Source of the DNA: a virus
Taxonomy: Duplodnaviria > Heunggongvirae > Uroviricota > Caudoviricetes
Virus record (IMG/VR): IMGVR_UViG_3300020034_000006
Span: 1 to 64,000 of that record
Strand: one strand, 5' to 3'
DNA: 64,000 nucleotides
Shown here piece by piece: positions 8,752-17,682 of the stretch. A model generated the notes under the pieces. That model did not search any database and was not told the DNA's origin. It saw only the letters and a program-made list of their open reading frames with translations. The translations under genes were made by a program, and so were the position numbers. The stretch's first letter is position 1, and each line of letters begins with the position of its first letter.

Positions 8752-9523
8752 CGGTCAGACGACGTCCGACCTAGCCTCGCTAGCGCGGCCCGGGTATTCG
8801 GTCCCTGACGTATCGAGCTAGGTACTGGTCGCTCGCGTCGAATGGCGGTCAGGGGTGTTACTGGCCTGACCTACGCATTCCCGTAGACCCTTCGCGCCTC
8901 CGGTTAAGTGCTCCCTACTGCCCGCGTACGGGAAGAGCTGCCGAACCATCATCGGTCGCTAAGTCTGGCCTGCCCAATTTCCGGCTTGGCACTAGCCGTC
9001 ACCCCCTACGTCCCGTTTCGTGCGAGCGGAGCGCTCGCCGCGGGTGGAGTGATTCCCTGCCTATGTGCGGGCCCTTCGCCTCGCCCCCGGGTAGACCGAG
9101 CAAGCGTAGCGATCAGGGTGACTTACGGGACATCCAGAGAGTACCCCCGATGGCGTACCCCTGTGTCTAGAACCTGTGACGATTGGGTTACGAAACCGAG
9201 CGTTTCCCCTAGGTGCGTACTGCCCTAGACGTGGGATGGCCGGAGTACCCTCTAGAGCGTCCCCTAAGCGATTTCGTACGCTGGCGGCCCCTAGTACCCA
9301 TGGCGGAGGCTCGCGGGAGATCTCCGGCCAATCGCCTCTTGTCAAGAGGCTTGACCAGGGGATCTATAACCTGCACGTACGTACAACTACCGCTCATGGT
9401 GGTAGCGCGTCGACACAGAGTGCCGGAAACGTACGCGTGTTCGCATCGCACCTAGGCGAGCGCTTGCTTGGACCCTAGCGCTTGCTTGCAAGGCGAACGT
9501 GCGTTCTGTGACGGATTTCTCAA

Positions 9524-9552
9524 AGTTTCTACTTGACTTCCGCCGCGATCCG
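9524..9552 (+). promoter_or_regulatory. Candidate sigma-A-like promoter TTGACT-N17-TAGACT
   Basis: Hexamers read directly from the sequence with 17-nt spacing. Points rightward into an AT-rich non-coding stretch. Function unknown. Confidence 0.25.
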
Positions 9553-9607
9553 TAGTAGACTGGAGGGTTGGCCCCCTGGGCGAGGGTGGCCGGCGGAGCG
9601 GCGGCCC

Positions 9608-9680
9608 GATATAGGGTCGATATCGGGCGCCTAAATTATATAATATAATATATAATATTATAAGAAATTTCTAGCTAGCC
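9608..9680. other. Palindrome CCCGATAT-N-ATATCGGG followed by a ~45-bp pure A/T tract (TAAATTATATAATATAATATATAATATTATAAGAAATTT)
   Basis: This is an extreme local composition for a ~65% GC genome. Candidate origin/DNA-unwinding element or a strong promoter region. Confidence 0.4.
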
Positions 9681-10217
9681 GCGGAGCCCGGCGAGAGCCG
9701 GCTCGATGGCTTCGACTGCCGGGGCCAGGCCCAGGCGGACGTCGACCTCGACGCAAAGGTAGCCGGCTCGCCTAGATCGCTCGACCATGTCCTTCGTGCC
9801 ACGAGTGGACCACAGGGGCCTGTCCAGGACGGCCATGACGAACAGCGGGTGGTAGCGGTCGAGCATGAGCTGATTGCGCCGTAGACCGGCAGCAGGGCAG
9901 TAATCAGAGCCATTGCCGCGCCGGCGTCGATGGCCAGGGCTACACCAACCAGCCTCGAAGTCGCAGGGAGCCTGCCAACAGGCAGGCTCCGTAATGCAGG
10001 GGATGCGCAGAGCTGCACACGCAGCCTTCACGTAGCCATCTGAGCCGTGAGCGCCACCCTGCACGACATTGAGGCCAGGCCCTAGCACTAGGCGTAGGTG
10101 GCTCATCAAGGCGTTGATGGTGTCGCTCGGCTGGCAATCCCGAGGACCGGTGGTGACTACGGTCAGCTTTTCCAAATTCCCTCCCGGAGAATTCCGAAAA
10201 AACGAAAACACCCCCAT
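9675..10217 (-). CDS. Hypothetical protein (first ~40 codons are AT-rich and probably non-coding; real start likely internal near 10106)
   Basis: 180-aa ORF containing a GGAHGSDGYVKAACAAL motif. The N-terminal codons (ttttcgttttttcggaattct) do not match the genome's codon bias. Confidence 0.4.
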   Translation of the reverse strand: MGVFSFFRNSPGGNLEKLTVVTTGPRDCQPSDTINALMSHLRLVLGPGLNVVQGGAHGSDGYVKAACAALRIPCITEPACWQAPCDFEAGWCSPGHRRRRGNGSDYCPAAGLRRNQLMLDRYHPLFVMAVLDRPLWSTRGTKDMVERSRRAGYLCVEVDVRLGLAPAVEAIEPALAGLRG

Positions 10218-10235
10218 ACGGTTTCTGGGGGCGCG

Positions 10236-10309
10236 GCGACCCCCCTTAGGGGTCTTTTCAAATCCGGCTCGGCAGAATCCCGAAACCCTGGCGACCCCCC
10301 TTAGGGGTC
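10236..10309. repeat. Two direct copies of GCGACCCCCCTTAGGGGTCTT, 51 bp apart, with further copies at about 10541 and 10712
   Basis: Identical 21-mers at 10236-10258 and 10287-10309. The core palindrome CCCCTTAGGGG recurs at 10541-10553 and as a variant at 10710-10728. Confidence 0.5.
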
Positions 10310-10537
10310 TTCCACGAGACGCAGCCGGCGGGCATGACCGCCCATGCCACAGGCCTCGAACACCTCAGCATCGAACTCGGAGTGTTCCCACTCGTGATCA
10401 GCAGCATCACAGCAGTGCTCAAGTGAGCAGGCACGACCATCTTCGAGGATGATGAAGTCCCCGTCACGCTCGGCTATGCGAAGGTGTTGGTAGCGACAGT
10501 CACAGACGAGGTCGCCTACCTGAGGATCGAAGGGCAT
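10301..10537 (-). CDS. Hypothetical Cys-rich small protein
   Basis: 78 aa with CDCRYQHL...CSLEHCCDAADHEWEH. Confidence 0.4.
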   Translation of the reverse strand: MPFDPQVGDLVCDCRYQHLRIAERDGDFIILEDGRACSLEHCCDAADHEWEHSEFDAEVFEACGMGGHARRLRLVEDP

Positions 10538-10540
10538 CCC

Positions 10541-11113
10541 TTAGGGGTCCACTGTGATGTTGACCGTGCTCGACTCGCCGGCCATGCGAGCGACCGGCAT
10601 GGTGAACTCGCCGAACACCTTCGGCTCGCCCTCGACCATGGTCCCGACAACGACGGTCATGCTGTCCTTCACCGGTTCCCCGTCGCGAGTAACCACGAGG
10701 TCATCAGACCCCCCTAGGAGTCCGCCTAAGAGCCAGGGAATCCAGAAGGCGGCAGCTACACGCCTGATGTTCTGGCGGACCACACGCTCGAACTCAGCCA
10801 GCTCTAGGCGATTCTTGCGCCGTGCCCCCTCGATGTAGCACCAGATCGGCACCAGCTCCCGCAGGGAGGCAACGCTCGTGTTGGCCTGGCGCTGCCGGCC
10901 GATGAAGACCAGGAGATCGATGGACAGCACCGGCCATTGCCCTGGTCCGGTGCCGAAGCGGGCACCCTGAGGGAACACACCCTCGCCTATGATGCTTGTC
11001 AGTTGGCGCTCGGAGAGACCGGCGCCGCGATCGTTGGCCTGCCGAAGCAGCTCCTCTCTGCTCACTGCGGCAAGGCTGCCCTGGATCGTCAGTAATTCGG
11101 TTAACAGGTTCAC
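10541..11113 (-). CDS. Hypothetical protein
   Basis: 190-aa ORF. Confidence 0.45.
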   Translation of the reverse strand: MNLLTELLTIQGSLAAVSREELLRQANDRGAGLSERQLTSIIGEGVFPQGARFGTGPGQWPVLSIDLLVFIGRQRQANTSVASLRELVPIWCYIEGARRKNRLELAEFERVVRQNIRRVAAAFWIPWLLGGLLGGSDDLVVTRDGEPVKDSMTVVVGTMVEGEPKVFGEFTMPVARMAGESSTVNITVDP

Positions 11114-11428
11114 TTAGTGCTTGCCCTTCCGTGCGATGCTGAAGTTGGTCTTGACCCACTTACGGGCTGCGCTCAGCTTGTTCTTCGCCTCGCGCTCCGT
11201 GAGACCGCCACGTTCCATGAGCAGGTTAATAGCTGGACCGTTCAGCATCTGCCCGGTCCACGCCCTGTCATCATACAAGTAGATGGCATAGAGCCAGAAC
11301 AGGCCCTGCTCGTCCTCATAGGGATACGCCCTAACCCTCGGCCGTTGGACCTGGCTCATTGCTCGCGCCGTTCTCCATTGCTCGCACTTCAGACAGCATT
11401 TGCTCTTCGGTCTTCTTGTAGAACTCAA
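11114..11428 (-). CDS. Hypothetical protein (start probably the internal MSQVQRP)
   Basis: 104-aa ORF with a CCLKCEQW motif. Confidence 0.4.
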   Translation of the reverse strand: MSSTRRPKSKCCLKCEQWRTARAMSQVQRPRVRAYPYEDEQGLFWLYAIYLYDDRAWTGQMLNGPAINLLMERGGLTEREAKNKLSAARKWVKTNFSIARKGKH

Positions 11429-11735
11429 GCGATCGCTCGATCACGCCTACCGCCCACGGGGCGATGGCCTCTCGCCATGTCGACGCATCGACTCCCTCGG
11501 TACACAGAGCCACCACGTTGAGCACGATCCACCACGCGTCGATGCCCTTCTCAAGACAGCTAGCGCAGTACGCCTCGCTCACGGGTTGTTGAAGCATGCA
11601 GTTGCAGACACCTATGGCGTCCTCGCCACAGCACGAGCACTTCAGTTCAAGTGCCACGTCACCCGTCCCGGTTAACCCGACAGAAGAAGGGCACCACGTA
11701 GAAGTAGCCAGGTTCGGCGACCTGCACCTGGCCAT
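11331..11735 (-). CDS. Hypothetical Cys-rich protein
   Basis: 134 aa with CSCCGEDAIGVCNC and CASC. Confidence 0.4.
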   Translation of the reverse strand: MARCRSPNLATSTWCPSSVGLTGTGDVALELKCSCCGEDAIGVCNCMLQQPVSEAYCASCLEKGIDAWWIVLNVVALCTEGVDASTWREAIAPWAVGVIERSLEFYKKTEEQMLSEVRAMENGASNEPGPTAEG

Positions 11736-12027
11736 CGTTTAGCAGCTCGATGAAGCGTCGGCGTTGTTCCATGCTGAGGTGCTGGAAGTAGAACTTGACG
11801 TGCCCAGGGCCGGCGTAGGCCTTGTAGTTCTTGTCGGTGGGCACTATCTCGGCCCCGCCCTCGACCAGCTCCATGAACAGCTCGGGCTTCATCGAGCCAC
11901 AGAACGAGCAGCGCGGTGCTGGGTCGCCGTGGAACTGGGCCCACTTGTCCTGGCCCTCGACGCGGTCCCAGTCCCCGATCTCTTCCATCCGCCGGGGACA
12001 GGACTGGCGCTTACGCTTCGATATCAT
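11659..12027 (-). CDS. Hypothetical Cys-rich protein
   Basis: 122 aa with CSFCGS. Confidence 0.4.
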   Translation of the reverse strand: MISKRKRQSCPRRMEEIGDWDRVEGQDKWAQFHGDPAPRCSFCGSMKPELFMELVEGGAEIVPTDKNYKAYAGPGHVKFYFQHLSMEQRRRFIELLNDGQVQVAEPGYFYVVPFFCRVNRDG

Positions 12028-12577
12028 ATCGAGACTCTACGCCCTGGCTGCGGCGCACACGAGCGATGTAGTCGGACCGTGTCTCTCCGCGGTTCTTGGC
12101 CCGTGACCAGCCCCGATTGTGAGTCGGACAGAAGCCGTCCTTGATCCGGTTCTCCTCCCCGCCTGGCATCCACAGGTTGCAGGCCACGCAGTGGCCCGAG
12201 CCCGGAACCCGGGCCTCCTCCTCAAGGATGCGCTGAGCCTCGCGACGCTTGGCCCTGCCCATGATGTCCTCGTACACCCCGTCGACCCGCGTGAGGCTCA
12301 GGTCGAGGCCGGTGAGGGCCTTGGTGAACGAGTCGTACAGGGTGCCCTTGCGCATCGAGCGAGTGCACGCCACCGTGCCAGTCTGGTCGTTGTAGCCGGG
12401 GTCCTCTGCGGAGTGGTCGTGGCCACCATGAGCCCGGTCAGAGCTGTAGTGACGTCCCCTCAGGGGGGACTGCTGTTCCTTCGCCACACTCAAGGCGGTG
12501 TCTCCACCGTCGATCAGCTTCTTGGCCACCGTGATCAGATGCCGAGCGATGTGCTTCGGCCGGGGTGCTTGTTGCAT
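12011..12577 (-). CDS. Hypothetical protein
   Basis: 188 aa. The CVACNLW...CPTHNRGW spacing could reflect a metal-binding nuclease-like site, but this is not established. Confidence 0.4.
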   Translation of the reverse strand: MQQAPRPKHIARHLITVAKKLIDGGDTALSVAKEQQSPLRGRHYSSDRAHGGHDHSAEDPGYNDQTGTVACTRSMRKGTLYDSFTKALTGLDLSLTRVDGVYEDIMGRAKRREAQRILEEEARVPGSGHCVACNLWMPGGEENRIKDGFCPTHNRGWSRAKNRGETRSDYIARVRRSQGVESRYDIEA

Positions 12578-12580
12578 GGG

Positions 12581-12817
12581 CTAGCTCCAAGGGTGGAAGA
12601 CCAGTCGTCGGGGCCACTTCGATCTGCTGTTCACGCGATCCATGAACCTCTTGCATTGCTCGCACACAAGGAAAGGGTCGAGCTGTGTCGTGCGGTGGAA
12701 GTCGGGCTTCAGTCGACGCGTCAGGTACAGGTGCCAATAGACGTGCTCCCTGTCCGACAACGCCACCCATTTCGCCTCTCCCTTGCGGCAGAGCTGACAG
12801 ACGTCACGCAGTGCCAT
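12581..12817 (-). CDS. Hypothetical zinc-ribbon protein
   Basis: 78 aa with CQLCRKG ... CEQCKRF. Confidence 0.4.
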   Translation of the reverse strand: MALRDVCQLCRKGEAKWVALSDREHVYWHLYLTRRLKPDFHRTTQLDPFLVCEQCKRFMDRVNSRSKWPRRLVFHPWS

Positions 12818-13189
12818 CGAAAGAACTACAGAAATGTAAGAACATAGGTGTAACTTGGGAATGGATGGGGTAGTCTTATGGTTGTGGAGATCAAGCAGAG
12901 TTTCCCGAACGGTCGGGGAACGGTCATGCGGACCTCAGAGGTTTGGCCACCCGAGGTCGCTTCGCCCGTCAGAGGGGCTTCGAGCACCGCGGCTTTGGAG
13001 CTTGCTTCGAGGCCGAAGGGAAAGGGTGCTGGCTTAGCGAGAACGGCTATCCGAGGTCTCCGCAGTACGCTGCGATTCACTCGGTAAACGGTTCGGTGGG
13101 CCTCCCCAGGGCGGGGAAATCTGAGATCTCTTAGAGAGCTGGCGCCTCCGCTGGAGGCTCCGGCGCCAGCATTCGAGGAAGTCATCGAA

Positions 13190-13215
13190 GGTCGCCCGCC
13201 TTACGGCGGGCGACC
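13190..13215. terminator. Perfect 11-bp hairpin GGTCGCCCGCC-ttac-GGCGGGCGACC
   Basis: Read directly from the sequence. It sits 20 nt past the stop of the 13235..13570 gene at the edge of a 420-bp non-coding island. Confidence 0.45.
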
Positions 13216-13234
13216 TGCATAGCAGCCGCTTGCT

Positions 13235-13570
13235 TCAAGGACAGCAAGGAACATCCTCGATGGCGCTAGGGCAAGCTCTGCTCAGATCCTCATGGCAGTC
13301 GGGGCACAGCCCGAGGTCGTCGGCCAGAGCGGCCACCAGGATCACTCGATAGCTGTAGACCTTGATGTCCGAGGGGTGGAGAGAAAGCTTCTTCTCATCG
13401 AGCCAGGCGTACTGCGCTGGGTCAGCAGCTCGCACCTTGCTCTGAGCCTCAGCGACCGCCGGCAAGATCTCTCCGCACACCCAACAGAACACCGCCTCGG
13501 TCGTCGCCGTGTAGATAGGGCTCAACGTCGAGCCAGAACCACGCGATGGGCATGCCGCCGGCAGGTTCAC
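13235..13570 (-). CDS. Hypothetical Cys-rich protein
   Basis: 111-aa ORF. Confidence 0.4.
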   Translation of the reverse strand: MNLPAACPSRGSGSTLSPIYTATTEAVFCWVCGEILPAVAEAQSKVRAADPAQYAWLDEKKLSLHPSDIKVYSYRVILVAALADDLGLCPDCHEDLSRACPSAIEDVPCCP

Positions 13571-13815
13571 AGCTCGTCCTGTTCGTCTACCTCAAGGAGA
13601 TCTTGAGGCGTCTCATCGAAGTCCGTGAGACCACGCAGCTCCATGACGTAGCCGACGATCTGCGCTTCCATCACTCGCAGCTCTTTCGACGCAGCGTGGA
13701 GCGTCTTCAATACCTCAACGGCTTGCTCGTCGGACGGGCGTCCTCCGACCAGCCAAGCGACGTTGTCGGCGACAGCACTGCCAGAGCCGAGCCAACCTGT
13801 GGGTACCCAGCTCAT
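13567..13815 (-). CDS. Hypothetical protein
   Basis: ORF 13567..13932. The internal start MSWVPTGW at 13815 gives an ATGA overlap with the stop at 13812. Confidence 0.35.
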   Translation of the reverse strand: MSWVPTGWLGSGSAVADNVAWLVGGRPSDEQAVEVLKTLHAASKELRVMEAQIVGYVMELRGLTDFDETPQDLLEVDEQDEL

Positions 13816-14105
13816 GCGCTGCAATCCTTCATCACTCGTTGCTTCGCACGGCATATGTCGGCCTGGCCCAAGTAGAAGTGCTTGAGACACACGGGGAACT
13901 GGGCCTCGGACAGCTCTCGCGCTCGCCACCAATCCTCAGTGCCGTCGCTGCTTGCGCCGAGGTCTACCCAGCAGGTGTGAATGCCATCCTTGTGATGATG
14001 CACGATGACGTCACCGTCGGCACCGAGCTTGTATCCGGCTTCGCTCATGCACATGCGAAGCTTCTCCGCCATCGCCTCTGCCTCTTCGAGGGTGGCGTAG
14101 GTCAT
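13812..14105 (-). CDS. Hypothetical protein
   Basis: 97-aa ORF with a 4-nt overlap with the primase gene. Confidence 0.4.
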   Translation of the reverse strand: MTYATLEEAEAMAEKLRMCMSEAGYKLGADGDVIVHHHKDGIHTCWVDLGASSDGTEDWWRARELSEAQFPVCLKHFYLGQADICRAKQRVMKDCSA

Positions 14106-15874
14106 GCGTAGCTCCTGCGCAGCTCGAAGCGAATAGGGGAGTCCGACTCCTCACCCATTGCGTTCTGCACGCCGATGTTGAAATCGATTTGCCACTGGCT
14201 CCCGCCCCACTGGCGGGAGCCGAACTCGACATCGATGAAGAAGTCCCCGGTGTTGAGGTTCGCCGGTTCGCGTTCAGCGGTGAACATCCACGAGTCGACC
14301 CACTCACCCGAGCCCGCCATCGTGATGCGGTTCAGGCCCCTCGACTCCGCGCCCTTCTTGAAGTGGTTGACGATGAGCAGGTTGCTGCCGTGCTCGATGA
14401 ACGGAGCGGCCACTGCGGTGAGCAGTGCGCCCTCCTCGTGGATGTTGGCCGAGTTCGTCTCGGACCCGTGGTAGGCGTAGAACGGGTCAATGACCGTGAG
14501 CACCGGGTCTAGGTGTTCGAGGGCGTTCTCGATCGTTCCCTTGAACGCCGGGCTCAACAGCGGTGCTGTCTGGAACACCGAGTGGATAGGCACGTCACGG
14601 ATGTCACGGATGTCAACCGACTCGGCGATACGAGGCATGCGCCTCGTCCACGGAATGCGCCCACCCTCGCCGATGAACATCACCACGTTGCCTTGCTTCT
14701 CCACCGGGAACTGCCCGAGGAAGGGACTACCCGTCGCCACCGCCAGGGCGAGGTACTGGGACAGGTAGGTCTTCAAGGTTTTCTTCTCGCCTGCGATTTG
14801 ACCATAGGTCGGGATGCACACAACGTTGCGCACAAGCCAGTTCAACTTGAGGTCAGACGCCATCAGCTCTTGCATCGTCCACATGCGCAACCGTGGCTGC
14901 TCCATCGCCAGCACCTTCTCGACGTCATCCTCGTTCCCGCCGGCATCGAGGATGATCTGCTCGATGAAGGTTCGATCCTTGTCGCGCTCTTCGAGCCCGA
15001 CGCTGACGTTGGCCCTCACTCTTGTGCGTGCGCCTTCGAGCGCACGCCGGTACTCCCGCGTCGCCTTCACTGCGTCCGCCCGATCCCTCACAGCGCTCGT
15101 GAAGGCCATTTCGAGGCTCATCAGGGCCAGGGTCGCCCCGGCGTAGCCCAGCAGCTCGTGGCTGCACAGAGCGGCCACTGCGAGAGTCATGGAAGTGTGT
15201 CGGTCACCACGAGGGTCGAAGCTGTTGAAGGCCTCGGTCACCCGGGGGTGCCAGGCGTCCATGGGCTCAAGGCGAGCCTCAGGCGAAGCGTACGGATCAT
15301 CGAGCTTGGCCTCGGCCTCCGCTACCGCTGCGGTCCTGAGGCGTTGCATCACCCAGTCCGGCGCTTGGATCATTGCCGAGAAGTCATGGCCGTAGGCGTA
15401 GTAGTAGCCATCATTGTCTGGGGCCACCACATAGCCGGCGTCGCTGCGGACGTTGACTCCTTTGCAGAGATCATGGTTGCCGACGTGCTCCGAGCGATCG
15501 GGCTTGTTGAGGTAGATGTGAGAGCCACCGGATGGCGTGCGCACCATCGCCGTCCGCCCATCCCACAGTCCGCTCTTTGAGGAAGTAGCAGCGAAGCAAA
15601 CGGCTTCGAGGTTGTTGGGGCCGCTCACACCGCCCTTGACGTCAACATCGAGGACGATGTACCCAAGGCTCCCGGGCACCAGGCCAACCATCATCGTGTC
15701 CTCGTGCTCGAACCACCAGAGGTCGCGGGTCTCGCTTGAGGCGTCCTCGAACCCTCTCTTGACCAGGTGCGTGACCGGGCTCTTGTCGCCACGCAGGGGC
15801 AGCACCTTGCCTCCCATGACCATGAGGGACAGCGCTAGCTCACGAGGGATCATCGGGGTGGAACTCCCATGCAA
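14102..15874 (-). CDS. Bifunctional DNA primase/polymerase (PrimPol-like) domain protein
   Basis: The N-terminal region carries the acidic beta-strand motif GYIVLDVDVKGG and the surrounding pattern typical of the PrimPol N-terminal domain. 590 aa with a long C-terminal domain. No Walker A motif was recognised. Confidence 0.65.
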   Translation of the reverse strand: MHGSSTPMIPRELALSLMVMGGKVLPLRGDKSPVTHLVKRGFEDASSETRDLWWFEHEDTMMVGLVPGSLGYIVLDVDVKGGVSGPNNLEAVCFAATSSKSGLWDGRTAMVRTPSGGSHIYLNKPDRSEHVGNHDLCKGVNVRSDAGYVVAPDNDGYYYAYGHDFSAMIQAPDWVMQRLRTAAVAEAEAKLDDPYASPEARLEPMDAWHPRVTEAFNSFDPRGDRHTSMTLAVAALCSHELLGYAGATLALMSLEMAFTSAVRDRADAVKATREYRRALEGARTRVRANVSVGLEERDKDRTFIEQIILDAGGNEDDVEKVLAMEQPRLRMWTMQELMASDLKLNWLVRNVVCIPTYGQIAGEKKTLKTYLSQYLALAVATGSPFLGQFPVEKQGNVVMFIGEGGRIPWTRRMPRIAESVDIRDIRDVPIHSVFQTAPLLSPAFKGTIENALEHLDPVLTVIDPFYAYHGSETNSANIHEEGALLTAVAAPFIEHGSNLLIVNHFKKGAESRGLNRITMAGSGEWVDSWMFTAEREPANLNTGDFFIDVEFGSRQWGGSQWQIDFNIGVQNAMGEESDSPIRFELRRSYA

Positions 15875-15897
15875 GAGATGTCGTGTTGGCCGCTCAC

Positions 15898-16362
15898 CTA
15901 GTACGGGCCCTGGTAGACGTACAGCGCAGCGCGCTTGTCGTTGAAGACCCTCTTCAGCCTGTATTGGTGGTGATCCCAGATCGGCAGGTCAAGAGGATCG
16001 GGCCCCTTGCCGAGGAGGTACGGCAGGTAGTCCATGACCTCCGGTGTCTTCACGAGAACGATGGATTCCTCTAAGCGGTCGCCGTGCGCCTCTCTGATCT
16101 CGCCATGGAAGGGTCCATCGAAGAGGACCATTCGCATGGCCAGCGATTTGAACTGAGAGAGGTGAAAGGCCGAAGCGAAGTCCCTCATCGACACCGACGC
16201 AGCGGCGAAGGCCGCTGCGGATTGCCGGCCGATGCGAAGCTGGTCCTTGAGAGCACGCGTATTACCTGAGATGTTGATGTTGAGGGTGGGCTTCGGCGGC
16301 TCGATGAGAGCCTTGATGCCTTCCTTCTCCTTCTTCTTCCTCACCCCAGCGCCGCCTTCCAC
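15898..16362 (-). CDS. Hypothetical protein
   Basis: 154-aa ORF with a GTG start. Confidence 0.4.
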   Translation of the reverse strand: MEGGAGVRKKKEKEGIKALIEPPKPTLNINISGNTRALKDQLRIGRQSAAAFAAASVSMRDFASAFHLSQFKSLAMRMVLFDGPFHGEIREAHGDRLEESIVLVKTPEVMDYLPYLLGKGPDPLDLPIWDHHQYRLKRVFNDKRAALYVYQGPY

Positions 16363-16493
16363 AGAATGATCACGAGAGCGACGACACCGGAGATGACCAG
16401 CCCCGCGTAGACCAGCCAGATCAAGGCGCAGCCCCCTACGGCGCAGCCAGCGGCGTTCTCTTCATCGCTTCGTCGGGACGGCGGAACTCTCAT
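16341..16493 (-). CDS. Unlisted small membrane protein (50 aa)
   Basis: Hand-translated: MRVPPSRRSDEENAAGCAVGGCALIWLVYAGLVISGVVALVIILWKAALG. The ATG overlaps the methyltransferase stop (ATGA). One predicted TM helix. Confidence 0.35.
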   Translation of the reverse strand: MRVPPSRRSDEENAAGCAVGGCALIWLVYAGLVISGVVALVIILWKAALG

Positions 16494-17470
16494 TTCTTGT
16501 CCTCCTGGATTCGCTCGAACACCAACAACGTGGATGGACGCCCGTGGGCGTGCTTCTGTTTGCGACCGTTCATCGGCTGCGGTATGTGGTGACCCAACAT
16601 GTCGAAGCGATCAACCAGCCTGGCCTTCGGTACATGGCGCCAACCGGTGGGCTCGTCCTTCGACATGTAGATGCCCATCTCGGCGACGTTGGTCAGCGTG
16701 CGCGTCTGCCACCGCAACTGACCGCTCACCACCTGGTCCTGACACTTGACGAGGATCTTCCCGCCGGGTGCCGTGAGGCGGATGCACTCAAGTAGTCCGT
16801 CCACCATCATCAGCAGGCGGTCCTGCCACTTGGCGGGGACGTCGACTCCGTAGCGCTCGCTCAGCTCGGGCAATCCGTCGGGGTTGCCGTTGAACTTGTA
16901 GGGCGGGTCATAGGCGACGGTGTTGAAGGCTTCGTCGTTGTAGTAGGTCTCTCGGAAGTCGCGGCGCTCTCCATCACTTATGCCGTTGAGAGTGAGGCTG
17001 TCGATGCCATCAGCAACGTCGCCTTCAGGGGAGATCAGCCGGCGCCACCAGAGACCGTCATGGCCTGGCGTCGCGTCGTAGACGTGTCCCCTGACGTGGC
17101 CCATTCGCCATAGGTCGAAGATCAGATCTGAGTTGTTCGCCCAGGGGTAGGCGGCGAGCACTTCGTCGCGTCTCGGGAACAGGGCCTCGATGGCCGCATG
17201 AGCGGCCACGCTGGCGATCATCGGCAGATCGGGATGAGGCGGAGCCCACATCCCGCTGTTGCGCGTGCGTTCGAGGGCAGCGATGGCTTCTTTGATTGCC
17301 TTGGGCTCTCTCCACATCTTCATGGCGTCCATCCCGGGTAGGGCGGGTTCTCGGCTTCCATGCAATCGATAACGCTCTGGCCCAGCTCGTGAGTGAGTAT
17401 TTCTTCCTCCTGCTCCCCGGTGAAGTAGAAGCCGACGACCGAACCGTAAAGAGGGTCTGTCATCCACCAC
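16490..17470 (-). CDS. DNA amino-methyltransferase (N6-adenine or N4-cytosine), beta-class
   Basis: DPPY motif IV (DPPYKFNG) with a downstream AdoMet-binding-like LTAPGGKILVKCQD. That order (IV before I) defines the beta-class. Confidence 0.65.
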   Translation of the reverse strand: MVDDRPSLRFGRRLLLHRGAGGRNTHSRAGPERYRLHGSREPALPGMDAMKMWREPKAIKEAIAALERTRNSGMWAPPHPDLPMIASVAAHAAIEALFPRRDEVLAAYPWANNSDLIFDLWRMGHVRGHVYDATPGHDGLWWRRLISPEGDVADGIDSLTLNGISDGERRDFRETYYNDEAFNTVAYDPPYKFNGNPDGLPELSERYGVDVPAKWQDRLLMMVDGLLECIRLTAPGGKILVKCQDQVVSGQLRWQTRTLTNVAEMGIYMSKDEPTGWRHVPKARLVDRFDMLGHHIPQPMNGRKQKHAHGRPSTLLVFERIQEDKK

Positions 17471-17682
17471 TCGCCGGCATAGGGCCAGTGCTCGGGGAAT
17501 GCGAGCCCGTGAGGGCGGGCGGGGGCCTTGCGGCCCCCGCCCTTGACCTCAGCCACCTTGCTCCTGCCACTGCCACTGACCGGGCTGATCGCCCTTGCTG
17601 ATGGCGTACTCGCGGTAGGTCTTGCCGAGTCCGAACACGGCCAGGTCGACCGTGTCATCGTCTGGCAGCTCGTTGAGCACAC
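17320..17682 (-). CDS. Hypothetical protein
   Basis: 120-aa ORF. Confidence 0.35.
   Translation of the reverse strand: MCSTSCQTMTRSTWPCSDSARPTASTPSARAISPVSGSGRSKVAEVKGGGRKAPARPHGLAFPEHWPYAGEWWMTDPLYGSVVGFYFTGEQEEEILTHELGQSVIDCMEAENPPYPGWTP

Noticed and set aside
9060-9480. Several 80-106-aa ORFs on both strands inside the 900-bp non-coding region
   Set aside because: They overlap one another in all frames, lack RBSs, and have Arg/Pro/Gly-rich translations. The region is better explained as non-coding.
12119-12847. 242-aa plus-strand ORF spanning three minus-strand genes
   Set aside because: It crosses gene boundaries of the minus-strand operon. The Ala/Val/Gly/Arg-rich translation is typical of antisense frames.
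14513-15580. 355-aa plus-strand ORF
   Set aside because: Antisense to the PrimPol gene. Typical high-GC antisense ORF with Arg/His/Leu-rich low-complexity translation.
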